From Bacteroidota bacterium (GTDB lineage Bacteria; Bacteroidota; Bacteroidia; Chitinophagales; Chitinophagaceae): 64,000 nucleotides of DNA. Below, piece by piece: positions 31,606-40,960 of this stretch. The DNA lies in NCBI GenBank assembly GCA_013287475.1, contig JABDDT010000007.1, positions 6,110 through 70,109 on the forward strand, read 5' to 3'. The position numbers were made by a program, and so were the translations under genes. Numbering within the stretch: position 1 is the stretch's first letter; each line of letters opens with the position of its first letter. The notes under the pieces were generated by a model. That model searched no databases and was not told where the DNA came from. It saw nothing but the letters and a program-made list of their open reading frames with translations.

Positions 31606-31777
31606 ATATTTTATGTTTAAAAGTTTAGAACTAGCAACAATTATGCCCTTGGGGGGTCTTAGTATGATCTACATCAGCCCGAGAAGGGTCACAATTAAAC
31701 CATCATTTCCTGGAAATAATGGTTTTTGATTTTTATTCGGTTAAACCGTTATATTTAGTTGTCTCAGACTGGATCTT

Positions 31778-32647
31778 ATGCAACATTCGAAAACAATTTT
31801 TGTTACGGGGGCGACAGGTAATCAGGGTGGCGCCGCTGTCAGAAGCCTTCTTAATAGTGGCTATGCCGTCAAAGCGCTTACCAGAAATCCAAATTCAGAG
31901 GCGGCAAAAAAATTAAAGGACCTTCGTGCGGAAATCGTCCAGGGAGATTTGAACAATAAAGAATCCTATAGCGATCAAATCCGGAATGTTTATGGAGTGT
32001 TTTGTGTCCTGTCCTTAGAAAACGGAACAACTAAAGAGATAAAGCAGGGAATAGACCTGGTCAATCTTTCAAAGACCCTCGGTATTAAACATTTTTTATA
32101 CTCATCTGTGATAGGGGCCGATTTAAATACGGGCATTCCACACTGGGAAAGTAAATTCATCATAGAAAATCATATCAGGCAAATCGGACTACCGCATACA
32201 ATTGTCAGGCCAGCCTCTATATTTGAAAATTTTTTACTTCCGGCAGTTAAAAAAAGAATAATCAAAGGGAAATTGCCTTCTCCGATAGACAAGAATATCA
32301 ATCAGCTGTTTATTGGTTCTGTTGATATAGGATCAATCAGCGCGTGTATTTTTGACAAACCTGAAATGTACTTGAGTAAGATTGTTCCATTGTTCTCTGA
32401 GGAACTCAATATGGAAATGGTTTCGACCATTTTTTCAGAAGTATTGAAAAGAAAAATCAGCTATCAAAAAATGCCTATGTTCCTGACAAGACTGGTGATG
32501 GGTAAGAACCTATTTAAGATGTTCGACTGGATCAATAAAAACAGTGAATTGCTGCTAAAAAATCAGAATAAGCTGAATGGCGAATTTCCAAATCTGCTGG
32601 GGCTGAGACAATGGTTAAAACTTCAATTCAGGATGAACCAGGATTGA
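31778..32647 (+). CDS. NmrA/HSCARG family NAD(P)-binding protein
   Basis: VTGATGNQGG, ALTRNP, PHWESK. Confidence 0.9.
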   Translation: MQHSKTIFVTGATGNQGGAAVRSLLNSGYAVKALTRNPNSEAAKKLKDLRAEIVQGDLNNKESYSDQIRNVYGVFCVLSLENGTTKEIKQGIDLVNLSKTLGIKHFLYSSVIGADLNTGIPHWESKFIIENHIRQIGLPHTIVRPASIFENFLLPAVKKRIIKGKLPSPIDKNINQLFIGSVDIGSISACIFDKPEMYLSKIVPLFSEELNMEMVSTIFSEVLKRKISYQKMPMFLTRLVMGKNLFKMFDWINKNSELLLKNQNKLNGEFPNLLGLRQWLKLQFRMNQD

Positions 32648-32676
32648 AATTTCGAAAATAGAAAAAACAATAAATC

Positions 32677-33117
32677 ATGGCGCTTGCTTTGTACGGAATT
32701 TATTTATTTCTGGCTGTTTTTAGTGCAGGAAATATGGTAACTCTTCAAATTCAGCATTATGGCATTTATACATCAGTAGGCAGGGAAAATTTTAAAAACT
32801 ATATGCAGGCGAATAACAAGTCCGCCAAAATTCCCTCCATCATTCCGGCCATGCTTCTTCTGTTGTTGAATTTGTTGCTGATTTTTATACGACCTCCATT
32901 TATGTCCGTCACTATGGCTATTCTTGCTCTAATTTTGAATTTCATTGCGCTGTTTTCCACATTTATTTGGCAAAGGAAACTTCAGGGTGAAATGGCAGTC
33001 ACCGGATATGATGAAGGGAAAATAGATAAATTGATTTCTACTAACTGGATTCGCACATTTGCCTTTCTGATACAGGCTGTCCTCGCCGTTTTAATCATCG
33101 TGAATGCAGTGAAATAA
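32677..33117 (+). CDS. Hypothetical membrane protein
   Basis: 4 TM segments; LISTNWIRT motif. Confidence 0.7.
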   Translation: MALALYGIYLFLAVFSAGNMVTLQIQHYGIYTSVGRENFKNYMQANNKSAKIPSIIPAMLLLLLNLLLIFIRPPFMSVTMAILALILNFIALFSTFIWQRKLQGEMAVTGYDEGKIDKLISTNWIRTFAFLIQAVLAVLIIVNAVK

Positions 33118-33124
33118 CTTTTGA

Positions 33125-33523
33125 TTATTCTATTCTAGATGGCTTATCTGTTACTCCGGAATTGCCGGCAGGCGGAACGAGTGGTAATGTGAAGTCGATC
33201 TTATATAATTCTTCCAATGAAATTGGTTTAAAAATATCCAGGTATTCTTTTACCAGCGCATGAAACAAGGATTTATGGGCAGGCAATTTTAATCGAATCC
33301 TGGCCTTTAATTTGCCTTCCTCTGTCTTATAAATGAATTTGGCATACAGGTTCGCCATCCTCATTCGCTCATTGGACTCAATCTGTTTTTCACTCAGAAC
33401 CCGCCTGCTCATGTCTGGCATTTTTGAAATGACGGTTTTGTCGTAATATCTTTTGAATACCAGCTGTTTACCAACCGCTCCTGAAGCATTTTGAACAAAG
33501 GGGTTATATGTGACGATGGCCAT
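33125..33523 (-). CDS. Basic hypothetical protein
   Basis: SGAVGKQLVFKRY..KTVISKMPD..SEKQ...RM..A..YAK; K/R-rich. Confidence 0.7.
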   Translation of the reverse strand: MAIVTYNPFVQNASGAVGKQLVFKRYYDKTVISKMPDMSRRVLSEKQIESNERMRMANLYAKFIYKTEEGKLKARIRLKLPAHKSLFHALVKEYLDIFKPISLEELYKIDFTLPLVPPAGNSGVTDKPSRIE

Positions 33524-33581
33524 ATCTCTGTTTTTAGGTCAAATGTAGTTAGAATTTTCCGATAATTAGCCGTTAAGTTTG

Positions 33582-33633
33582 CGTGTATCTTCCGTAATAT
33601 TACGGAGAATATACGGAAGATACACGGAGGATA
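33582..33633. repeat. Nested inverted and direct 11-bp repeats
   Basis: cgtgtatcttccgta pairs with tacggaagatacacg; internal palindrome tccgtaatattacgga; three tandem units tacggagaata/tacggaagata/cacggaggata. Confidence 0.85.
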
Positions 33634-34329
33634 TAAGCATGATTTTAATAATCAAAGTGTATTACTTCAATAAAATGGCATTATTCAACTAATACTTTGT
33701 TGTCCTGCAAATACTACCTGGTGAATTGCTGAATGAGAAAAATTTATAAATGAAAATCAGAAACTGGTTTTCTACCCTTGTTCAGTAGTGGGGAATTACT
33801 TTAATAAATGGTTTTATACCGAGAAGAATCGTGGACTTTTTTGGAATTAATGGTTCGAATTTTTCCGGAGTAAGAAAAATGACTAAAAGAATTAAAATTG
33901 GCCAAAGGGTATATGCCACTGAATTTCCCCAAATGTCAATTGGAATATTCCACCTGGAGGATTGCCAATTCACGTCAATCCACACAATATTATAGGCAAT
34001 GAAAGGGCCGATGAAAATCATAAATACAAGTAAGAAAAATTGCTTTCTATTAAAGACTAAATGGTTTTTATAATTTAAAAGAACGCGGGTTTCTTCTTCG
34101 ATTTCGGATAGGTCATGCCTGTGTATAAAAATGCATCAAATTATTGTGTCATGTAATTCTGAGACTATATCAGGCATTCATTAGCGGGAAGATGCTCATT
34201 GCAGGACGATTAAGGTGACGATCAACCGCTTAACCTTTTCCAGGCCCTTTGTACTCTTTCACCCTTCCGTTTAAGGAAAACTCACCATAGGATTTTGCAG
34301 TTATCTTATTTTTAATTTAACTAAGCAGT

Positions 34330-35553
34330 ATGCTCCGGTTCAGATATTTATTGTTTGCATTTACATTGTTTGCTTTGTCAGCTAAGGCACAGCATCCCTT
34401 TAAATACGATAACACAGTTTATAAAGGGGTGTATCTGAATCAGGCTTTCAATTTAATGGATTCAATGAAGAATTATTTGCTGCTTGATGTAAGAAGCCCG
34501 GGGGAATATGATGACACCTCCCGTGGAACTGTCGCAAACATCGGCAGGATCAGAGGATCCGTAAATATAAATATTGACTCCATACCTGCTCATCTGGAAG
34601 AATTAAAAAAGTATAAGGAGGGGCCAATTTTTGTTTATTGTTCTCATAGCCAGCGATCCAGGAGGGTAAGTAAATTATTGGCCGATAACGGGTTTACAAA
34701 AGTTTACAATATCAACGGAGGAATGACCCAGTTGAATCTAATGGACGCCTCCCGTTTTCCAGAGAAGAATAAGTACATGGTAACGAATCTGACTTATAAA
34801 AATATTGCGTCCACAGAGGCTTTCCATTTAATAAAAGATACACCTGCCATTGTAATTATCGACATCAGAAACATGCAGGAATTTGCAGGTAATGACAGTT
34901 TAGTGCAGAATAATACCGGCCACCTGAAAAATGCCATCAACATACCACAGGCTGATTTTGAAAGTAAATTCGATTTCTATAAAATCTCCAATAATCGTCC
35001 GGTCCTGTTATATGACCAGCGTGGTATAAACAGCATGGACGTTGTATATGTACTGAGAGCAAGAGGTTTCACGAAAATCTATAATTTGTTTGAAGGCTTT
35101 GATGCTTTTGTCTCTGATCACAAGTTCGATAAAGTAACGTTAAGTCAAATGATAATTGATCCAGCGCCTTACAACATAGTAGACCCAAAAGGATTTATGG
35201 ATTTATTGAAGGAGCCCAATGTTGTGATTTTAGATATAAGGCCAGTGGAGGAATTCAATAATAAGGCGCATTTGACTTATAAGAATCTGGGACATATCCG
35301 GGGAGCCATAAATATTACGTCACCCGATTCGGTTGAAATGATAGTCCGTGCAAAGGAAAAATCTACTGTGTTTTTAATCTATGGGTCCGGGTCCGATATG
35401 GCGGCCATCATTTGCCGCAATCTTATAAGGGAAGGATATCAAAATGTAAACTTCCTCAATCACGGTCTGTATGATTTCGTTTGGTCCACAGCTAACGTGG
35501 AGGAATGCAAATCCGGCAGGGATTTCCTTACTGATCATGATGGACTTTATTAA
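34330..35553 (+). CDS. Exported protein with three rhodanese-like domains
   Basis: Three D(V/I)R...E(Y/F)...G(H/R)(I/L)..(A/S)(I/V)NI repeats; YCSHSQRS in domain 1. Confidence 0.85.
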   Translation: MLRFRYLLFAFTLFALSAKAQHPFKYDNTVYKGVYLNQAFNLMDSMKNYLLLDVRSPGEYDDTSRGTVANIGRIRGSVNINIDSIPAHLEELKKYKEGPIFVYCSHSQRSRRVSKLLADNGFTKVYNINGGMTQLNLMDASRFPEKNKYMVTNLTYKNIASTEAFHLIKDTPAIVIIDIRNMQEFAGNDSLVQNNTGHLKNAINIPQADFESKFDFYKISNNRPVLLYDQRGINSMDVVYVLRARGFTKIYNLFEGFDAFVSDHKFDKVTLSQMIIDPAPYNIVDPKGFMDLLKEPNVVILDIRPVEEFNNKAHLTYKNLGHIRGAINITSPDSVEMIVRAKEKSTVFLIYGSGSDMAAIICRNLIREGYQNVNFLNHGLYDFVWSTANVEECKSGRDFLTDHDGLY

Positions 35554-35619
35554 TTATAAATCGTATGTCACACCCATGGAGCGTGTACCACTTACAGCCT
35601 GATGAACCCTTAAAGGATT

Positions 35620-35691
35620 AATTAGCTCAATTTCTGAATAATTGGCTCAAATAAAAGCAGAGATTTGCTCAGAATAGAAATAATTAGCTCA
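35620..35691 (+). promoter_or_regulatory. Four phased direct repeats (AATTAGCTCA-like)
   Basis: Copies at 35620, 35640, 35662 and 35682, directly upstream of the glycosylase gene. Confidence 0.6.
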
Positions 35692-35712
35692 TAACTCTTT
35701 AAATCAGTATGT

Positions 35713-36489
35713 ATGCCGGAAATACCTGATGTAGAAGTCTTTTCAAAAAACCTGGATAAGTTTCTTGCAGGCAGAAAATTAGTAAAGATTAAAGTCGTCA
35801 ATGGGAAAAAACTACCCGATACTGCAAAGGCCTTGTCAAAAAACCTGGAAGGTAAAATCCTGAAGAGGATTTATCGTTCCGGAAAAGAATTCCGTTTTGA
35901 ATTTGAAGACGGAACACTTCTCGGACTTCATCTTATGTTAACAGGCGACATGTTTTTATTCTCTGAGAAAAATGATCATCATTCAACCATTGTTGAACTC
36001 CATTTTGAAGGAAATAAAAACCTGGCACTGACAGACCGGATGAGGAATGCCTATATAAAATTAAATCCCGTTGATAAAGAGGGTGTTGACGCCATGGAAT
36101 TGGATTTTAAATACCTTAAAAAGATTTTCAACAGGAAAACAACCATTAAAAATATCATGCTGGATCAGGATCTGATACGTGGTATCGGTAATGGATATTC
36201 AGACGAAATTCTCTGGGAAGCAAGAATCTCCCCGTATTCCATTGCATCCGCAATTCCTGATGAAAAAATAAAAGAACTTGTAAAAATAATTCCAGCAGAA
36301 TTAAAGGCCGCTGCTAAAAAAATTGATAAAGCCTACCCTGGAAGAATAAATGATGAAGTGAAGGAATTTTTAAAAATTCATCGGAAAGTAAATGATAAAA
36401 GCCCGACCGGTCATCCCATTCATATTGATACAAAAGGTAGTCGAAAGACATATTATACGGACGAACAAGTGTTATACGCTGAACGCTGA
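35713..36489 (+). CDS. Fpg/Nei family DNA glycosylase
   Basis: N-terminal MPE, RSGKE, HLMLTG, H2TH motif DQDLIRGIGNGYSDEILW. Confidence 0.9.
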   Translation: MPEIPDVEVFSKNLDKFLAGRKLVKIKVVNGKKLPDTAKALSKNLEGKILKRIYRSGKEFRFEFEDGTLLGLHLMLTGDMFLFSEKNDHHSTIVELHFEGNKNLALTDRMRNAYIKLNPVDKEGVDAMELDFKYLKKIFNRKTTIKNIMLDQDLIRGIGNGYSDEILWEARISPYSIASAIPDEKIKELVKIIPAELKAAAKKIDKAYPGRINDEVKEFLKIHRKVNDKSPTGHPIHIDTKGSRKTYYTDEQVLYAER

Positions 36490-36573
36490 ACGCTGAACGC
36501 TGAACGCTGAACGCTGAACGCTGAACGCTGAACGCTTAACGCTGAACGCTGAACGCGTAACGCGAAACGCTGA
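36476..36573. repeat. Heptamer tandem array (ACGCTGA)x14
   Basis: 11 perfect and 3 variant units; supplies the glycosylase stop codon. Confidence 0.97.
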
Positions 36574-36598
36574 ACTCGGTATGTATTGCATTTTCCGG

Positions 36599-36647
36599 CC
36601 AACCACCAACCACCAACCACCAACCGCCAACCGCCAATTGTCAACGT
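36599..36647. repeat. Heptamer tandem array (CCAACCR), about 6-7 units
   Basis: ccaacca x3, ccaaccg x2, ccaattg, tcaacgt. Confidence 0.9.
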
Positions 36648-36794
36648 TTAATATAGAACGGTCCTGTCACATAAACGAACAGTATCATCTCAATAACAAT
36701 ATCTCAAACTGCTGATTATCAAAATTATATCATTTGGTATATCATTGGATATTCAAAACATATGATTTATTCGAATGGCAAATTTTCAGTGAAG

Positions 36795-36821
36795 AATTAA
36801 TAATTAATACTCAATAATTAA
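36795..36821. repeat. Short TAATTAA heptamer array (solo arm)
   Basis: aattaa taattaa tactcaa taattaa just before the ABC permease start. Confidence 0.6.
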
Positions 36822-36829
36822 TCAGGTTT

Positions 36830-39193
36830 ATGTATAAAAACTATTTTATCAGCGCATTCAGGAGTATCCGGAGGAACCTGAGTTTCACATTCCTGAATGT
36901 ATTCGGATTGAGTTTAAGTATTCTTTCCTGCCTGATAATTTTTCTGATCGTCAGAAATGAATTAGGTTATGATAATTTCAGTAAAAAAGCCAACCGTACC
37001 TACCGTATTACTCTGAACGCGCTGGATTTTAATTCAAATATTTCTATGGCGATCGTTCCCGCTATGCGTAACGACTTTCCTGAATTAGAAAATATCACCC
37101 AGATATTTTATCAGAATCAGGGCTTGGTCAAAATCGGTCGAAACAGGTTTATTGAAAAAAGCTACGCATTTGTTGACAACGAATTTCCGAAGATTTTCAA
37201 CTATCAATTGATCAGTGGCAATCCGGCGACAGCACTGTCCGAACCAAATTCAGTCGTACTTACGGAGACCACTGCGCGTAAATATTTTGGGAATATAGAG
37301 GCAATGGGTGAAACATTTAATATAGGGAATGAATTTAATGTAAAAGTAAAGGGTGTTATCAAGGACCCGCCAGCCAACACAAGCCTTCCATTTAATTTCC
37401 TGGTTTCACTGAATACCCGAAAATTCGACAATGGTATAATGACTAATTTCTATGCCATCATGGGTGCCAGTTATGCATATCTCGTGATTCCTGAAAATTA
37501 TTCGATTCATCAGCTCGAGAAAAAAATACCTGCATTTATCACTAAAAACTGGGGAAAGGAAATTGCCAGTGAAGCGCATTTACCACTTCAGCCACTGCGG
37601 GAAGTGCATTTTGACCAGCGATATATCAATAATATTATAACGCCGGTATCCAGAGATACTTATTGGGGCCTGGCAGCAATTGCCGGCTTTATCATCATCA
37701 TGGCATGTATCAATTTTATTAATCTTTCAACAGCCCAGTCGGTAAAACGATCTAAGGAAGTGGGTGTTCGCAAAGTAATGGGCGCAAGCAGACCACAATT
37801 GATTCAACAATTTCTGGGTGAAACAACATTGCTTGTAGTTTTATCAATTTTGCTGGGAATTGTTCTTACTGTCCTGATCCTGCCGGAAGTCACAAAATGG
37901 CTGGATATCAAAATCAGCATGGAACAATTGGGAGAACCCATCGTAATCGGCCTGCTGGCATCTGTCACGATCGGGGTTATCCTGCTTGCAGGAATCTATC
38001 CGGCATTTGTTCAATCCGCCTTTAATCCAGTTGAATCTTTGAAGCGGAAAACAAATATGTCGTTCCGGGGTATTAATCTTCGAAAGGGCCTTGTATTGAT
38101 TCAGTTTGCCATTTCACAAATTTTAATTGTCGGCACCCTGGTTGTGGCAAATCAGATGAACTTTTTTCAAAACCAGGATCTCGGATTTAATAAAGAAGCC
38201 ATTGTAAGTTTCGACGTGCCGGACGGTTCGAAAAGAGATGCATTTAAGCACCAATTGCAATCCGAACCAGGCTTGGCGGATATCAGTTTTTCTTCGGGAG
38301 CGCCCGTTTATTTCAGTAATGCGACCAGTTTTTCCTGCCCTGAATTGGGTCTTACAAAAGATGATGTAACTGAAGTGAAATGCGTAGACGAGAACTATAC
38401 GAACATGTTTGGATTGAAAATGCTGGCTGGGGAGAAGATCAGCAGGAAATATGAAAAAGATACTACAATCAGAATGGTCATTAACGAAACTATGATGCAT
38501 AAACTGGGAATCCAAAATCCTTCAGAAGCCATAGGAAAGAAAATTAAATTTGGCTGGGGAGATCCAGCTTATGTTATTGGTGTTGTGCAGGATTTCCAAA
38601 GCGAATCGAAACATAAAAAAAGAAGAGCGTGTGTATTACTTTATGCACCGGATAATTTCTATATGGCCAGTGTGAGGATTAAACCAAATGCCATGCACCA
38701 GACCATCGCTCATATCGATAAGATGTGGTCCTCCACGTTTCCAAATGAAGTATTTAGATATGAATTCATTGATGAACATATTGCCAGCTGGTATAAACAG
38801 GAAGCAAAAGTATACACTGCTTTTAAATTATTTTCCTCCCTTGCTATCCTGATTGGATGTCTGGGTCTTTACGGCCTGGTGGCTTTTGCCGCTGTGCAGC
38901 GCACCAAGGAAGTGGGTATCCGGAAAGTGCTGGGCGCCTCCCTGTTTGATATTTCAGCTCTTTTTGCGAAGGAATTTATTTTTTTAATTGTTCTTGCATT
39001 CCTGGTTGCAGTGCCGGTAGCTTATTATTTCATGCATAACTGGCTAGAAAATTTTGCCTATCATATTGGAATTGGAAAGGGAATATTTTTAGTAGCAGTC
39101 GGTATTTCATTTGCAATTGCAGCCGTTACGATCAGCTTCCAGGCAATAAAAGCCGCACTTGCGAACCCGGTTACGAGTTTGAGATCGGAATAA
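36830..39193 (+). CDS. ABC transporter permease (MacB/FtsX-type, duplicated)
   Basis: ACINFINL..RSKEVGVRKVMGA and GCLGLYGL..RTKEVGIRKVLGA; no ATPase gene adjacent. Confidence 0.92.
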   Translation: MYKNYFISAFRSIRRNLSFTFLNVFGLSLSILSCLIIFLIVRNELGYDNFSKKANRTYRITLNALDFNSNISMAIVPAMRNDFPELENITQIFYQNQGLVKIGRNRFIEKSYAFVDNEFPKIFNYQLISGNPATALSEPNSVVLTETTARKYFGNIEAMGETFNIGNEFNVKVKGVIKDPPANTSLPFNFLVSLNTRKFDNGIMTNFYAIMGASYAYLVIPENYSIHQLEKKIPAFITKNWGKEIASEAHLPLQPLREVHFDQRYINNIITPVSRDTYWGLAAIAGFIIIMACINFINLSTAQSVKRSKEVGVRKVMGASRPQLIQQFLGETTLLVVLSILLGIVLTVLILPEVTKWLDIKISMEQLGEPIVIGLLASVTIGVILLAGIYPAFVQSAFNPVESLKRKTNMSFRGINLRKGLVLIQFAISQILIVGTLVVANQMNFFQNQDLGFNKEAIVSFDVPDGSKRDAFKHQLQSEPGLADISFSSGAPVYFSNATSFSCPELGLTKDDVTEVKCVDENYTNMFGLKMLAGEKISRKYEKDTTIRMVINETMMHKLGIQNPSEAIGKKIKFGWGDPAYVIGVVQDFQSESKHKKRRACVLLYAPDNFYMASVRIKPNAMHQTIAHIDKMWSSTFPNEVFRYEFIDEHIASWYKQEAKVYTAFKLFSSLAILIGCLGLYGLVAFAAVQRTKEVGIRKVLGASLFDISALFAKEFIFLIVLAFLVAVPVAYYFMHNWLENFAYHIGIGKGIFLVAVGISFAIAAVTISFQAIKAALANPVTSLRSE

Positions 39194-39200
39194 GTTTTAA

Positions 39201-39273
39201 TTGGTTATGGGTTATGGATTATGAGTTATGAGAAATTAATAACCATAACCCATATCCCATATCTCATAACCAA
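39201..39273. repeat. Inverted pair of heptamer arrays (TTATGRG / CYCATAW)
   Basis: ttggttatgggttatggattatgagttatgag ... aaccataacccatatcccatatctcataaccaa, between convergent genes. Confidence 0.9.
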
Positions 39274-40548
39274 TCAAAGTTTCCACTCCACGATCTTATT
39301 CACCCATTCCTGCTGATAAGGAGCAGCCACTTTGATATAGTTATCAGTAAAACCTTCCATCAAGTTTTTGTCACGGCTGCGTTCGAATAGTACTTTGCGT
39401 GTTTGCCCTGAATGAAGCGAAGTAAAATATTGTAATTTCTGGAAAGACAGATTACGCAGGATTTTATTTCTTTCATTACGAACTGAAACGGGTACAACAG
39501 GTTTCATTTCAACCGCCCTTGTATTTTCTCTTTCTGAATAAGTAAATACGTGCAGATAGGAGACCTCAAGCGAGTGCAAGAAATTAAGCGTTTCTTTAAA
39601 GTCTTCATCAGTTTCTCCCGGAAAACCTACGATCACGTCGGCGCCGACTGATGCATGAGGCATCAGGGTTTTAATCCGTGAAACCCGGTCTGCATAGAGT
39701 TCGCGCATATAACGTCGACGCATGAGCGACAAAATTTTATTACTGCCGCTTTGCAAAGGGATATGAAAATGGGGCATAAAGCGGTCGCTGTTGGCTACCA
39801 GGTCGATGATATCATTGTTGAGCAGGTTGGGTTCAATGGAAGAAATCCGGAACCTTGGTATTTCCTTCAACTTATCAAGTGATTTCGCAAGTTCCAGAAA
39901 GTCTTCCGTTTTCTTCTTTGATCCTGGTTCAGTATTTCCAAAATCGCCCAGGTTTACACCTGTCAATACAATTTCCTGAATTCCCTTTCCTGCGAGAGAT
40001 TTTACATTCTCCAATACATGACTAAGGCTATCACTCCTGCTTTTGCCACGAGCCATCGGAATGGTACAGAAACTGCACTGATAATCGCAACCATCCTGGA
40101 CTTTTAGAAAAGCCCTCGTACGGTCATTATAAGAATAGCTGTCGTGAAAATCATTTACCTGGTCAATATCGCAGCTGCAGATTTTTGTTGAATCACCTTT
40201 AACAAGTTCACGTATATGGGCAGCCATATTGAATTTTTCTGCAGCACCCAGCACCAGGTCTACACCGGGAATTTCGGCTATCTCCTTTGGTTTCAGCTGA
40301 GCATAACATCCGGTTATCACTACGAAACTTTCCGGAGATTTGCGCTGGATTTGCCTGACCAGATAACGGCATTCCTTATCTGCATTTTCTGTAACGGAAC
40401 AGGTATTGATCACATAGATGTCTGCAAGGGAATCAAAAGGTCTTTTCTCAAATCCTTCATTTTCCATCAGTCTGGAGATGGAAGAAGTTTCAGAAAAATT
40501 GAGCTTGCAGCCGAGGGTATGAAATGCAACTGTTTTAAGTCCTGTCAT
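39274..40548 (-). CDS. mtaB: tRNA t6A37 methylthiotransferase
   Basis: TLGCKLNFSE, NTCSVT, radical SAM motif KVQDGCDYQCSFC, HVFTYSER. Confidence 0.93.
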   Translation of the reverse strand: MTGLKTVAFHTLGCKLNFSETSSISRLMENEGFEKRPFDSLADIYVINTCSVTENADKECRYLVRQIQRKSPESFVVITGCYAQLKPKEIAEIPGVDLVLGAAEKFNMAAHIRELVKGDSTKICSCDIDQVNDFHDSYSYNDRTRAFLKVQDGCDYQCSFCTIPMARGKSRSDSLSHVLENVKSLAGKGIQEIVLTGVNLGDFGNTEPGSKKKTEDFLELAKSLDKLKEIPRFRISSIEPNLLNNDIIDLVANSDRFMPHFHIPLQSGSNKILSLMRRRYMRELYADRVSRIKTLMPHASVGADVIVGFPGETDEDFKETLNFLHSLEVSYLHVFTYSERENTRAVEMKPVVPVSVRNERNKILRNLSFQKLQYFTSLHSGQTRKVLFERSRDKNLMEGFTDNYIKVAAPYQQEWVNKIVEWKL

Positions 40549-40596
40549 GGGCCGCAAAGATAATATGATTCAGGAATTATGCCAGTAACTTTAACC

Positions 40597-40941
40597 ATGC
40601 GCCGCTTGTATTACTTTTTGATAGTTATTTTCTTATCTGGTTCCTGTCATTCCTCCGGTGAACCATTTGACCGTCACGGTTATTTGATCCTTACAAAACA
40701 CGCACGCTGCCGGATGGAATGTCGTCATATTACTATGAAAGAAATCCACGAAATACTGGACAAAGGAACCATCAATTACGCCAAAAGCGAACCGGATGCC
40801 CACCCCGATCCCAAATTTGCCCTGGAAGGATATACGGAAGAACATCAACATCTACGTGTCATCATTGCACCTGAAAACAGTAAACTTATCCTTATAACCT
40901 GTATTGAGCTGGGAGTGGAGTGGCAGTGTGATTGTCATTAA
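40597..40941 (+). CDS. DUF4258-like protein, possibly a lipoprotein
   Basis: LTKHARCRMECRHI motif; LSGSC lipobox-like sequence. Confidence 0.7.
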   Translation: MRRLYYFLIVIFLSGSCHSSGEPFDRHGYLILTKHARCRMECRHITMKEIHEILDKGTINYAKSEPDAHPDPKFALEGYTEEHQHLRVIIAPENSKLILITCIELGVEWQCDCH

Positions 40942-40960
40942 TAACTTCACTACATTCGGA

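Noticed and set aside
36453-36644. 63-aa minus-strand ORF (VQRSAFS repeats)
   Set aside because: It is simply the translation of the heptamer arrays.
36476-36647. Arrays as a CRISPR locus
   Set aside because: Units are 7 bp and contiguous, with no unique spacers and no cas genes.
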